Shown piece by piece: positions 46,699 through 55,934 of a DNA stretch of 64,000 nucleotides. The notes beneath the pieces were generated by a model. That model saw nothing but the letters and a program-made list of their open reading frames with translations, had not been told where the DNA came from and did not search any database. Source of the stretch: a bacterium (GTDB lineage Bacteria > UBA8248). Every line of letters begins with the position of its first letter. The stretch's first letter is position 1. A program made the translations under genes and the position numbers. The stretch covers positions 707,735-771,734 of the forward strand of contig CBDCRP010000003.1 of NCBI GenBank assembly GCA_965221165.1, given 5' to 3'.

Positions 46699-46853
46699 CC
46701 CGCTTCCCTCGAAAACCGGTGACCCAACTTTCAGCAAGCCCCCTGCCCTGATATATATCGAATAAGATACAATATCGACTGAAGAATAACATTCTTATAG
46801 GGAATCACCTTGTAGCCGCTTCATATGCAACAGGAACACTGTGGAGAGTACTC

Positions 46854-48119
46854 ATGAATTTGTTTGATGAACTTAAAATCCGCGGCTTAGTCCGTGATCA
46901 CACGGATCAAGCGGAAATGCTTAGTGCTTTTGAAAAAGGCGGTATGAGCCTCTATAGCGGCTTTGACCCTACGTCCGACAGTTTGCACGTCGGGAATTTG
47001 GTTCCCATTACAGGACTCATGCGTTTTCAACGCGCGGGCCACCGGCCGATTGCGCTCATCGGCGGTGGAACCGGGATGATAGGAGACCCATCGGGAAAAT
47101 CAGAAGAACGAAACCTTCTAAAGGCAGAAGTTTTAGAACACAACCTCAGAGGAATCAGGGCCCAGTTCGAGAGGTTCCTGGATTTTGATGCAAGTCCCAA
47201 TGCCGCTCGGATGGTGAACAACGCAGAATGGCTGAACGAGATTCACCTCATCGATTTTTTGCGCGATGTAGGCAAACATTTTTCTATCGGCTACATGATG
47301 GCGAAAGAATCCATTAAGTCACGCATCGCCAACGCGGGAATATCATACACCGAGTTCAGTTATATGGCGCTTCAGGCGTATGATTTTTTGCACCTGTTCG
47401 AAAAAGAAAATTGCACCTTACAAATCGGCGGCTCTGATCAATGGGGTAACATCACAGCAGGCATCGAGTTGATTCGGCGGGTTCATGGAAAACCCGCATA
47501 CGGAATGACTTTCCCGCTCATCACGACTTCCGATGGCAGGAAATTCGGTAAAACAGAAAAAGGCAATATCTGGTTGGACCCAAAGCGAACCAGTCCATAC
47601 CGATTCTCGCAATACTGGATTCAGACAGACGACAGGGATGTCGGCAGGTTTTTAAGATATTTCACTTTTTTATCGATTGACGAGATCGATGAAATTGAAA
47701 AAGAACACCTCAAGTCTCCGGAGAAACGAGAAGGACAACGTCGCCTCGCAAAGGAGCTGACGACGCTCGTACATGGCAAAGCCGCAGCGCGGAGCGCGGA
47801 GCGCGCCGCCAAAATTCTTTTTGGAGTTCAACTCGATGGCATTGAGGAAAACGATTTACTCTCGGCGGCAGAGGAAATGCCAAGAACCCTGCGATCAGGA
47901 GCACCACCATATCCGCTAATAGATACCCTGGTGGAAACCGGACTTTGCAAGTCGAAATCCTTGGCGCGAAAAGACTTAAAAGGCGGTGGCATCTATGTGA
48001 ACAATCGCCGTATTACGGGAGAGGGCAGTATGTTATCTGTCGATGATATATTGTTTGGTCGGTACATTCTCCTTCGGAAGGGAAAAAAGAACTACCATCT
48101 GATAGAATGTCATCCATAA
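46854..48119 (+). CDS. tyrS: tyrosine--tRNA ligase
   Basis: 421 aa with a HIGH-type motif (DSLHVGNL), a KMSKS-type motif (KFGKT), GGSDQWGNI, and a C-terminal S4-like domain. Confidence 0.95.
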   Translation: MNLFDELKIRGLVRDHTDQAEMLSAFEKGGMSLYSGFDPTSDSLHVGNLVPITGLMRFQRAGHRPIALIGGGTGMIGDPSGKSEERNLLKAEVLEHNLRGIRAQFERFLDFDASPNAARMVNNAEWLNEIHLIDFLRDVGKHFSIGYMMAKESIKSRIANAGISYTEFSYMALQAYDFLHLFEKENCTLQIGGSDQWGNITAGIELIRRVHGKPAYGMTFPLITTSDGRKFGKTEKGNIWLDPKRTSPYRFSQYWIQTDDRDVGRFLRYFTFLSIDEIDEIEKEHLKSPEKREGQRRLAKELTTLVHGKAAARSAERAAKILFGVQLDGIEENDLLSAAEEMPRTLRSGAPPYPLIDTLVETGLCKSKSLARKDLKGGGIYVNNRRITGEGSMLSVDDILFGRYILLRKGKKNYHLIECHP

Positions 48120-48260
48120 GCAGATACAAGAATCGTCATTCGCCGCATTTTGCAGGAGAGATGAGTGAATCTTCTTGAAAATCCCAAATCACCAGAAGAT
48201 GGTGAAGATGAATTTGCTTCTCGGCCTGCGTTTAGGATTTCCTGAAACAACCCTTCAAGT

Positions 48261-49538
48261 ATGAACGAGCGAAGAAGTCCTATCCAGGTCGAATATCATG
48301 ACCTGCCGCCTGAGTTCCACCAGTGGAAATGGCGTGTTCTCATCGCCTTTTGCGGCTTCTATGCTTTCAACTATCTGGGCAGATTCAACTTCAGTCTGGT
48401 GCAATACGCCGTCATCCAAGATATGGGCATCACGCGAGTCGATACCGGATGGATCAACTCATGGATGTTTTGGGGCTTTGCGTTCGGCGATTTGATTTTT
48501 GGACGAATCGCGGAAAGAATAGGCTATCGAAACACCATTCTTTTCGCCGCAATCGCCACGTCTGTATTCAACTTCATCGCGAGTTTTGGAAACTCCATCA
48601 CCACGCTCGCCATACCCTGGGCGGTAGTCGGTTTTGTGAATGCGGCGACATGGGGGCCGGGGCTTGGCCTGGTGGCGCAATGGTGGCCCAGACGCGAGCG
48701 GGGGCAAGCGATTGGCCTCGTGGGAACAGCCGCCGGAATCGCGCTCCTCATCGTTTGGGCGATCGTTCCCTGGGTGGCGGCGCAATATGGCTGGCGAGCC
48801 GCGATTCGCTACCCCCCCATGATTATTGCCGTCATGGGAATCATTTTTTATTTTATCGCCAAAGACAAGCCTTCAGAACTGAATCTCCCTGAATATAAGG
48901 AGTCGGATGACGTATCCCGCGAAGCAGAAGCAGCAGGAAGCGATAGTGAACATGGCCTAAAGGCGTATCTTCACCTGATGACAAATCTGCGCTTTTTCTT
49001 GGCGTGCCATGTCAAAGGACTGGACAATGTGGTTCGCTACGGCGTCGTCTCATGGGCGCCTTTGTATTACGCCCAGGTGGGTGGGTTCAACCTCAAACAG
49101 ATGGGTTTGCTCACCTTCGCCTATCCTTTGGGATATTTGTTCGGGCCCATATTCGGCGGAATCATTTCTGATCGATTCTTCAAGAGCAACCGCTCCATCG
49201 TCATCATGCTTGCCGCCTTTCTGAGCGCTGCTGCGATGATGGGAATCGCCTATGCGCCGGCCGATAACATTCCGCTCGCCGTCGTTTTGCTCATCGTCGG
49301 TGGATTTTGCGTCAACATGTCTACCGTACAGGCGCTGGGGGTAGATCTGGCCGGGAGACGGCTGGCCGGAACAGCGGCAGGTGTATTGGATGCCCATGGG
49401 TATATTTACGGCGCGCTTCAAGCCATATTCTTTGGGTGGCTATCTCTCGCCATTGCAAATGGATGGTTTTGGGTGTTCACAGCCATGGCGGCCAGCCGAC
49501 TCATTGCCGTAGCCCTCGTCTGGAGGGTGCGAGCGTAA
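48261..49538 (+). CDS. MFS transporter (organophosphate:Pi antiporter / GlpT-UhpC-like)
   Basis: 425 aa with about 12 TM segments. Contains the motif G.I.ER.GYR and the WWPRRERG loop. Confidence 0.85.
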   Translation: MNERRSPIQVEYHDLPPEFHQWKWRVLIAFCGFYAFNYLGRFNFSLVQYAVIQDMGITRVDTGWINSWMFWGFAFGDLIFGRIAERIGYRNTILFAAIATSVFNFIASFGNSITTLAIPWAVVGFVNAATWGPGLGLVAQWWPRRERGQAIGLVGTAAGIALLIVWAIVPWVAAQYGWRAAIRYPPMIIAVMGIIFYFIAKDKPSELNLPEYKESDDVSREAEAAGSDSEHGLKAYLHLMTNLRFFLACHVKGLDNVVRYGVVSWAPLYYAQVGGFNLKQMGLLTFAYPLGYLFGPIFGGIISDRFFKSNRSIVIMLAAFLSAAAMMGIAYAPADNIPLAVVLLIVGGFCVNMSTVQALGVDLAGRRLAGTAAGVLDAHGYIYGALQAIFFGWLSLAIANGWFWVFTAMAASRLIAVALVWRVRA

Positions 49539-49588
49539 ACGGACGATTTTCCTCAGGAAAGCCAAGTAGCCCACGCCATCAGACGAAG

Positions 49589-50989
49589 TCAACATTTTTC
49601 ATTTTCCCGTTTCATCCCTTTCAATATCTCTAACCGAATCCTGTCTTCATCACCTTCAAGTTTTTCCGCTAGGAAAGAAAGCAGGCGTTGAACCCAAATC
49701 GCTCGCTGTTCGTGTGGCATCACTAAATAAAAAGAGGTACCGAAACGCCAAATATTATCCATCCCTCGAATGATGATGTCGAATCGAACATCATCCTGAG
49801 CCGTCAAATATAGCGCTGCCAAAAGGTCTTTCCCATTATTCAGATGGAATGGAAATGATTTTTCCGTTCCATCTCCAAAGCGAACACTCAGTCCAAGGGT
49901 ATTCAAATCCGTCCGCTCCGGTAAACCCAAAACAACCGAAACCAATTCAGGCGAAGCCGACTCATCAATACCAGCAACGATATAAGTTTCTCCGCCAACG
50001 ATGAATCGTCCTGATGAGAGAACTCTATCCTCTTCATTTGTTTCTCTCAAAAAATCCTTCAACCAATCGGGCAACCTCTCCCGCCCAGGACATGCTGTAG
50101 GCGTTTCGCCTTCATTCAACAATTGGAGTTTGTTTGCCCATGTAAGCAAAGAAATTAACAATGGTGGCGCGGGATGCAAAATTTCCGACTCCCAGGGCGT
50201 AATGCCGTCTATGGCGCCTTCAAGGCTTTTCATCAATCCAGCCCGCATATTCTCCCACGACTTTGTTCGGTCAATATCTTCTGTAGCTTCAATCGAAATC
50301 CCCAAGCCCTCTATCACCGCCAATCGATGAACCATTTCAAATAGATGATGATTTTCCTCTACGTTCCTATACATTTCCCGAGCTTCGCCGACATAGTCGG
50401 TTAAACCGTTGCTCTCAAGCCATGAATCCAAATCCATCGGCAGAGGCGTCAACCCGAGATATGAATCGCCATAGCGTCGCCAAAGGCCACGAGCGCCTTC
50501 TAATGTGGCGCTTGTGGCCGGTTCTGAATGAATCTCCCAAACATCGGAAAGTTCTTTTCGTATGGCGTCTTCACCCATGCCATCGTCGAGCATATTCGCC
50601 AAACGACGGAGCAGTAAGCTGAAAAACGCTGATTGCGCCTTCACCATAGACGACAATTTTCCGGGTCTCGACGTCAGAGCCGTCAGCATCAGATACAAAG
50701 CACCGATTGACGGCTTTGCTCCCTGAACACCAAAAAGCGTTGTCATCTTCTCCAGGTACTGAAGCACAAAACTCAACTCCTCACCGGCCAACAACTTCAA
50801 GTGTATAAAAGAAATCGGAAGGGCTTGCTCAGGCAAGGTAGGTTCCGCCTGGGGAGGAAAAAGCATTTGGGTGAAATTTTGTCTAATTTGTTCGCCTACG
50901 TCACCAAAACTCTCACGGAAGTAGTGGTTACAAGACGACTCCCACCAGTCGTAAAGCAAACTTTGCCGTCCAGTTGGAGACACCCTCAT
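49589..50989 (-). CDS. hypothetical protein (466 aa), no family recognised
   Basis: Long low-GC ORF with no TM segments or recognisable motifs. Its ATG overlaps the stop of the 71-aa gene (ATGA at 50986..50989). Confidence 0.6.
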   Translation of the reverse strand: MRVSPTGRQSLLYDWWESSCNHYFRESFGDVGEQIRQNFTQMLFPPQAEPTLPEQALPISFIHLKLLAGEELSFVLQYLEKMTTLFGVQGAKPSIGALYLMLTALTSRPGKLSSMVKAQSAFFSLLLRRLANMLDDGMGEDAIRKELSDVWEIHSEPATSATLEGARGLWRRYGDSYLGLTPLPMDLDSWLESNGLTDYVGEAREMYRNVEENHHLFEMVHRLAVIEGLGISIEATEDIDRTKSWENMRAGLMKSLEGAIDGITPWESEILHPAPPLLISLLTWANKLQLLNEGETPTACPGRERLPDWLKDFLRETNEEDRVLSSGRFIVGGETYIVAGIDESASPELVSVVLGLPERTDLNTLGLSVRFGDGTEKSFPFHLNNGKDLLAALYLTAQDDVRFDIIIRGMDNIWRFGTSFYLVMPHEQRAIWVQRLLSFLAEKLEGDEDRIRLEILKGMKRENEKC

Positions 50990-51201
50990 TCGCTCTCGGA
51001 TACAGATGAGCGATCGCGCTCAGCGATTGATGGAACATGCGCTTTTTTTTGAATCAACCGCCCAAGAGAAAATAGAATGACTGCAGAACCTAAAATGACG
51101 AGTTGGAGCGCATAGGCCGAAGGGTTCAAAATTCCGATGAGCAGCGCAATGCCGCAATCCACCATGGCAAGAATTTGAAGGGCTCGTCCCAAGCCATACA
51201 T
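50986..51201 (-). CDS. small two-span membrane protein (71 aa)
   Basis: Two hydrophobic helices (ILAMVDCGIALLIGIL and LVILGSAVILFSL). Its start shares one base with the aminotransferase stop (TAATG at 51199..51203). Confidence 0.5.
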   Translation of the reverse strand: MYGLGRALQILAMVDCGIALLIGILNPSAYALQLVILGSAVILFSLGRLIQKKAHVPSIAERDRSSVSESE

Positions 51202-52397
51202 TAACCAAGTTGTCCCAAAGCCGCTCTGATTCGCTCAATCCCTTCTTTTACGTTTTCCAGGGTAGTCGCGTAGGAGAAACGCACGTAATCGTCGGCGCCG
51301 AATCCTGCTCCGGGCACGCCGGCGCATTGGGCGTGTTCGAGGAGATACAGCCCCACATCCATTGAATTTTTTAATACTCCATTCGGCCCTTGACGCCCGA
51401 ATACACCGCTCACCCGCGGAAAAGCGTAAAAGGCGCCCTTGGGGTTCACAACGCTTAAACCTTCTATTCCGTTGAATCCCTCGACAATCGCCTTTCTTCT
51501 CGCGTCGTACTGCGCCAGCCATTCGTTAAGGAACTCATGCGATCCCCTGAGGGCTGCAATCCCCCCATATTGAGCGAAGGAAGTGGCGTTGCTCGTGCTC
51601 TGGCCCTGCAGCGTGTCCATGGCAGAGATGATTTCAGGTCTTGCGAGCGTATACCCCATCCGCCAACCCGTCATCGCATACGTTTTCGAAAAACCGTCCA
51701 AAACAAGCGTGCGCGCCTTCATCTCGGAAGAGAAGCAGGCGATCGACACATGCTCCTCACCGTCATAGGTGATTTTCCCGTAAATCTCATCGGACATGAC
51801 CATCGCGTCGGTGGATAAAACGACTTCGGCAATCGCTTCTAATTCCTCGCGGCTATACACGCAGCCAGAAGGGTTGCACGGGCTGTTGAGCACCACGACT
51901 TTCGTGCGCGCAGACACGACTTCGCGCAATTCCTCGGCCGTCATTTTATGGCCGTTTTCCTCACTCGTCTTAACCAGAACCGGTTTCGCCCCGGTCAGGG
52001 TGGCGACGGGCTCGTACGCCACCCAGATGGGCGCGGGGATAACGACCTCATCGCCACCTTCGACGAGGACGTGCAGGGCGTTGAAGACCGATTGCTTTCC
52101 GCCCACGGTGACGATCACTTCCGTTATCGGGTCATATCGAAGGCCCTTGTGTTCTTCGGCCCAATCGCTAATCGCCTCTCTCAAGGAGGGCACGCCCCGA
52201 ACCGCCGTGTATTTCGTAGCGCCGTCACGGAGACCCTGGATGGCTCCTTCCTTGATGTGCTCGGGGGTATCGAAATCGGGCTCTCCTGCAGCGAACGAGA
52301 TGACGTCGAAGCCTTGCGCCTTCATTTCCGCCGCTTTGGTATTCATCGCCAGGGTCGGAATGGGAGGCAGCTTGCTCATTCGGGATGCAAAACGCAT
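51201..52397 (-). CDS. pyridoxal-phosphate-dependent aminotransferase, class I (aspartate aminotransferase-like)
   Basis: Motifs AAGEPDFDTP, SPCNPSG and GFSKTYAMTGWRMGY (PLP lysine context). I place the start at ATG 52397 (MRFASRMSKL). Confidence 0.9.
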   Translation of the reverse strand: MRFASRMSKLPPIPTLAMNTKAAEMKAQGFDVISFAAGEPDFDTPEHIKEGAIQGLRDGATKYTAVRGVPSLREAISDWAEEHKGLRYDPITEVIVTVGGKQSVFNALHVLVEGGDEVVIPAPIWVAYEPVATLTGAKPVLVKTSEENGHKMTAEELREVVSARTKVVVLNSPCNPSGCVYSREELEAIAEVVLSTDAMVMSDEIYGKITYDGEEHVSIACFSSEMKARTLVLDGFSKTYAMTGWRMGYTLARPEIISAMDTLQGQSTSNATSFAQYGGIAALRGSHEFLNEWLAQYDARRKAIVEGFNGIEGLSVVNPKGAFYAFPRVSGVFGRQGPNGVLKNSMDVGLYLLEHAQCAGVPGAGFGADDYVRFSYATTLENVKEGIERIRAALGQLG

Positions 52398-52425
52398 GAA
52401 GAACTCCAGGGTTAGAAAATAAATG

Positions 52426-52911
52426 TTATTTGCGGAATCGTTCGCCAAGCGCCTCACGCACGGATAAAGACACGTGTTCGCTCACGTCTCCGCCGAGTGA
52501 AGCGACTTCCTTTACAAGACTGGAGCTGAGGAAGCTATATTGTTCACTAGGCATGAGAAAAATCGTTTCGATCTCCTCGTTCAACCTTCTGTTCATGAGC
52601 GTCATCTGCATTTCATAATCAAAATCGCTCACGGCGCGAAGACCGCGAATGATGGCTTGGGCATTTACATTGAGGGCGAAATCCACGAGCAACTCACGCT
52701 CGAAGCTCGTGACTTCGAGTTGCTCCGAGCCCTCGAATTCTTCGAGGAAAAAATTTCTCCTCTCCTCGAAACTGAACAAAGGCTCTTTCGAGGGGTGAGC
52801 GGAAATAGCTACGGTGACCTTCGAGAAAAGTTTCTGGCTCCTGCGGACGACATCGAAATGCCCTTTTGTCGGCGGATCGAAGGTTCCCGGGTATACCGCG
52901 TGACTTTCCAT
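52426..52911 (-). CDS. coaD: pantetheine-phosphate adenylyltransferase
   Basis: MESHAVYPGTFDPPTKGH is the canonical CoaD N-terminus. Length is about 161 aa. Confidence 0.9.
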   Translation of the reverse strand: MESHAVYPGTFDPPTKGHFDVVRRSQKLFSKVTVAISAHPSKEPLFSFEERRNFFLEEFEGSEQLEVTSFERELLVDFALNVNAQAIIRGLRAVSDFDYEMQMTLMNRRLNEEIETIFLMPSEQYSFLSSSLVKEVASLGGDVSEHVSLSVREALGERFRK

Positions 52912-53165
52912 GAAAATAAACCTCATCAGGAGCGAAAGGTCTTCCCCTTTCAAGGGAAAGGGGCTTATCCCCTGTGCGAAATCCGCGTTAAACCTAGTCT
53001 TTTTGGATATCTCGTGTCAACTTGACGGATGAAAACGCCGCGAGGAGAACCAAGCGGGGTTTGTCCCCCATTTCGCCCGCATTTATGGCAGGATCCCGAG
53101 CTCTATTCGGCATTTTCCCGTGTCGCCGGGAGCCGATTGGCACCCTGAATCGATGACGGAATACC

Positions 53166-53726
53166 CTATGGTTTCAAGACCTCTCGCACCATGTGGCTGA
53201 TTTCGGGAAGAATGATTTTTTCCATTCCCGTGCGGCAGGCGTTCCCCGAGCCGGGAAGCGTCATGATGATGGTGTCCCGGCAAGTCCCCGCCGTTGCCCG
53301 GGTCAACATGGCGGCCGTGCCGACATCCTCGAAACTCACGTGACGAAACAGCTCGCCGAAGCCGGGCATCTCCTTCTCCAGGATGGAAACGACGACATCG
53401 TATGTCGTATCCCGTTTGGTGATGCCCGTGCCCCCGTTCGATATCACCACCTGGATATCGGGATTTGCGCACGCCTCGAACAGGGACTCGCGAATTTGGA
53501 CCGGTTCATCCTTCACGATGCGGTAAAAGGGCACTTTATGGCCCCTGTCGCTCAGCATGTTCATGATCAATTTGCCGCTCGTGTCTGTTTCTTCCGTGCG
53601 CGTATCGCTTACGGTGAGCACGCCGCACGTTACGGCGTCCGGCCCCTCGGCGCGGTGCACTTCAAAAGTTTTCAGATCGGCCGCCTGCTCGACTTCCCAG
53701 CGGGATGGACCCTCACTCTGGCTCAT
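53166..53726 (-). CDS. molybdenum cofactor biosynthesis protein B / MogA-like (MoCF_biosynth domain)
   Basis: Motifs GVLTVSDTR and ISNGGTGITKRD. I place the start at ATG 53726, with AGGAG 6 nt upstream; the track ORF start is 53753. Confidence 0.85.
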   Translation of the reverse strand: MSQSEGPSRWEVEQAADLKTFEVHRAEGPDAVTCGVLTVSDTRTEETDTSGKLIMNMLSDRGHKVPFYRIVKDEPVQIRESLFEACANPDIQVVISNGGTGITKRDTTYDVVVSILEKEMPGFGELFRHVSFEDVGTAAMLTRATAGTCRDTIIMTLPGSGNACRTGMEKIILPEISHMVREVLKP

Positions 53727-53780
53727 TCTTATCTCCTGCTCTTCGGTTTTCATCGATATCCGTTTTTATGCACTCGCGCC

Positions 53781-53814
53781 GGAGAATAAAAGAACCGGAG
53801 AATGAATTCTCCGG
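53781..53814 (-). terminator. intrinsic terminator after the lipoprotein gene (hairpin usable on both strands)
   Basis: CCGGAGAAT-ga-ATTCTCCGG (53795..53814), followed on the minus strand by TTCTTTTATTC. Confidence 0.55.
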
Positions 53815-53906
53815 CTCTTTTGTTGGCTTACTCGGCAATTACGGAGAACGCCGACCGGGAGTCTGCGCCATCCCTCCGGCTGGGTCATCGCTCACAATTT
53901 CAAAGT

Positions 53907-54185
53907 TTATTTCTTTTTGAAGCCCTTGGCCATCATGCAAGAATCGAACTTGCTCTGCGCATACGTGGTTTCGGAACTGATCGCGGTAGGGCCGCCTTTG
54001 GCTTTCGAATCGAATATGAACTCCTCGCGATCCGAACAACCCTTCAGGTCTTTCACCGCCTGGTCCATTTTCACGCCTACGCCGCGCTTCACCCAAACCT
54101 GATGTTTGGGCGGCGTACATCCCGCAACCACAAAAACCATTGCACCCGCTAGAACAATACCGGCCATTTTTCGCATGAGTCGCAT
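53907..54185 (-). CDS. small lipoprotein, unknown function
   Basis: 92 aa with a signal peptide and the lipobox VVAGC. Confidence 0.65.
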   Translation of the reverse strand: MRLMRKMAGIVLAGAMVFVVAGCTPPKHQVWVKRGVGVKMDQAVKDLKGCSDREEFIFDSKAKGGPTAISSETTYAQSKFDSCMMAKGFKKK

Positions 54186-54477
54186 TCTCCCATAAAATCA
54201 ACGCCTCGCTTATTTTCTGAAAACCACGAGGTCAAAACGCTCTCCAATCAAGGCGCTTCATAGCAATCAAAATTTACCATTCTATTTCCCCATCGTCCAA
54301 CACAAGATACACTAGCATCCCGTCCGGTCAAAATCGAGTCCTTCCGGCAGCAATTCGGATGCGCGGGATACGGCTGACTGCATTCAAAAATTCAATATAT
54401 CTATTTTCCGTTTTACCCGTTGATTCATCCAGTTTTTCGCGTTTTTAAGAGCACGGGCCTGCGCGGCGAACGGCGCA

Positions 54478-54603
54478 CCCCCCTACCCCTCCCATAGGGG
54501 GAAAAATACGTATAACTCTTTATATATCAACAAGATAAATTTTCACTTATTTTCAGATATTTTCCCCTATTTTTCCCTTTTTTCCCCTGTTTTCACAAAT
54601 TCC
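54478..54603 (-). repeat. phased A-tract element, right copy (inverted partner of 40442..40540)
   Basis: The reverse complement reads TGTGAAAAcaGGGGAAAAaaGGGAAAAataGGGGAAAAtatctGAAAAtaaGTGAAAAtTTATCTTGTTGATATATA...TTATACGTATTTTTCCCCCTATGGGAGGGGTAGGGGGGG. It shares an exact 16-mer (GAAAATATCTGAAAAT) and a 20/21 block with the left copy. Confidence 0.8.
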
Positions 54604-54937
54604 GCGCGCTCTCGACGCACCGGCTCGCCGCTAAAGCCTAACACGCCCGCACGCCCGCCCCATGACGGCAAGTGCGGGCGCATGCGCGTCGGCACCTTGC
54701 CGGTCGTTTCCGGCCGAAGGGGGAGGGTGCGGTTTCGCAGGGGTCGTTCGTGAACGACCCGGCATTCGGTTCGTCGTTACGGGCCGTCCGCGAACCGCCC
54801 CTGCGGGTGGATGAGCGGCCGCCGCCGCGAATCCACAAAAGCGCGCCTCGCGCAAGGCGGACCCCAATCCCGCCCGGATATGCTATAAACAAGAAAAAAT
54901 GCGACGCTCCGCACAGCCTGAAAAGGAGAAGAACAAG

Positions 54938-55744
54938 GTGAGGAAACCGGACTTGGCAGGGAGCTGGGCGCTCATCCTGGGAGCCAGCAGCGGCTTTGGA
55001 GAAGCGAATGCGCTCAAGCTCTCGAGCCTGGGGGTGAACATTTTCGGCGTTCACCTCGACAGAAAAGCCACGCTGCCGAACGTGGAGCGCATCCGTGAGG
55101 AAATTAAAAAAAACGGCGCCGAATCCCTCTATTTCAACGTGAACGCGGCGGGCCATGAAGAGCGCGCGAGCGTTCTGGATCAAATAGAGGAACACCTGGG
55201 CGGGAACGCGAAGGGCGCCGTGCGCATCCTGCTCCACAGTCTGGCTTTCGGCACGCTCAAGCCCTACATCGCCGATGAGGAGAAAGACTCCATCTCCCCC
55301 AGGCAGCTCGAAATGACGCTGGACGTCATGGCGAACAGCCTGGTGTACTGGACCCAGGCGCTCGTGCGGAGCGGCCTCATGGGCTTCGGGGGCCGCATCT
55401 ACGCCATGACGAGCGCGGGCGGCCACCGCATATGGAAAACATACGGCGCCGTATCGGCGGCCAAGGCCGCGCTCGAAAGCCACATCCGCCAACTCGCCGT
55501 CGAACTCGCGCCAAAGGGCATTACGGCGAACAGCATCCAGGCGGGCGTAACGGACACGCCGGCACTCCGCAAAATCCCCGGAAACGCCGAGATGATCCAC
55601 AACACGAAAAAAATCAACCCGCACGGGGAACTGACGACGACGCAGAAAGTAGCCGACGCCATCGCGACGCTGGCCGCCTCCGGCACACAGTGGATGACGG
55701 GCGATTTGATTCGGGTCGACGGAGGCGAGGACATCGCGGGTTGA
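54938..55744 (+). CDS. SDR-superfamily oxidoreductase, enoyl-ACP-reductase-like (Y-x6-K)
   Basis: The GTG at 54938 is preceded by AAGGAG. Contains ILGASSGFG and YGAVSAAK (Y-x6-K spacing, as in FabI/FabL-type enzymes). Confidence 0.8.
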   Translation: MRKPDLAGSWALILGASSGFGEANALKLSSLGVNIFGVHLDRKATLPNVERIREEIKKNGAESLYFNVNAAGHEERASVLDQIEEHLGGNAKGAVRILLHSLAFGTLKPYIADEEKDSISPRQLEMTLDVMANSLVYWTQALVRSGLMGFGGRIYAMTSAGGHRIWKTYGAVSAAKAALESHIRQLAVELAPKGITANSIQAGVTDTPALRKIPGNAEMIHNTKKINPHGELTTTQKVADAIATLAASGTQWMTGDLIRVDGGEDIAG

Positions 55745-55934
55745 AGCGCGTTTCCAAGGACCACGGATCCATTCCCCGGGAGGAAACCCGCCCGGGCGCG
55801 AGATAGCCGGGAAACGCCTGGGCCGCGCGCTTCGGGAGAGGTTTTATATCCTCTCCCATATTCTCATGCGCCCGGACGCCCATGCTTCCCACCGCGCTTC
55901 GAGATGAACGCCCCTCCTTTCCCTTAGGTATCAC

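Noticed and set aside
46738-46853. T-box leader upstream of tyrS
   Set aside because: Only 116 nt separate tyrS from the divergent SDR gene, too short for a T-box. I found no specifier-loop or T-box consensus.
53083-53472. 129-aa minus-strand ORF and other alternative-frame ORFs overlapping the moaB-like gene
   Set aside because: They are out of frame with a gene that carries the GGTG Mo-cofactor-biosynthesis motif, and they have no motifs of their own.
54638-55624. 328-aa minus-strand ORF; also 55614..56318 (-), 19833..20849 (+), 25813..27012 (+), 59097..60122 (+) and 3250..4230 (+)
   Set aside because: All are antisense shadows of genes with clear motifs: the SDR, TauE, LLM, OYE, amidohydrolase and FAD protein genes.
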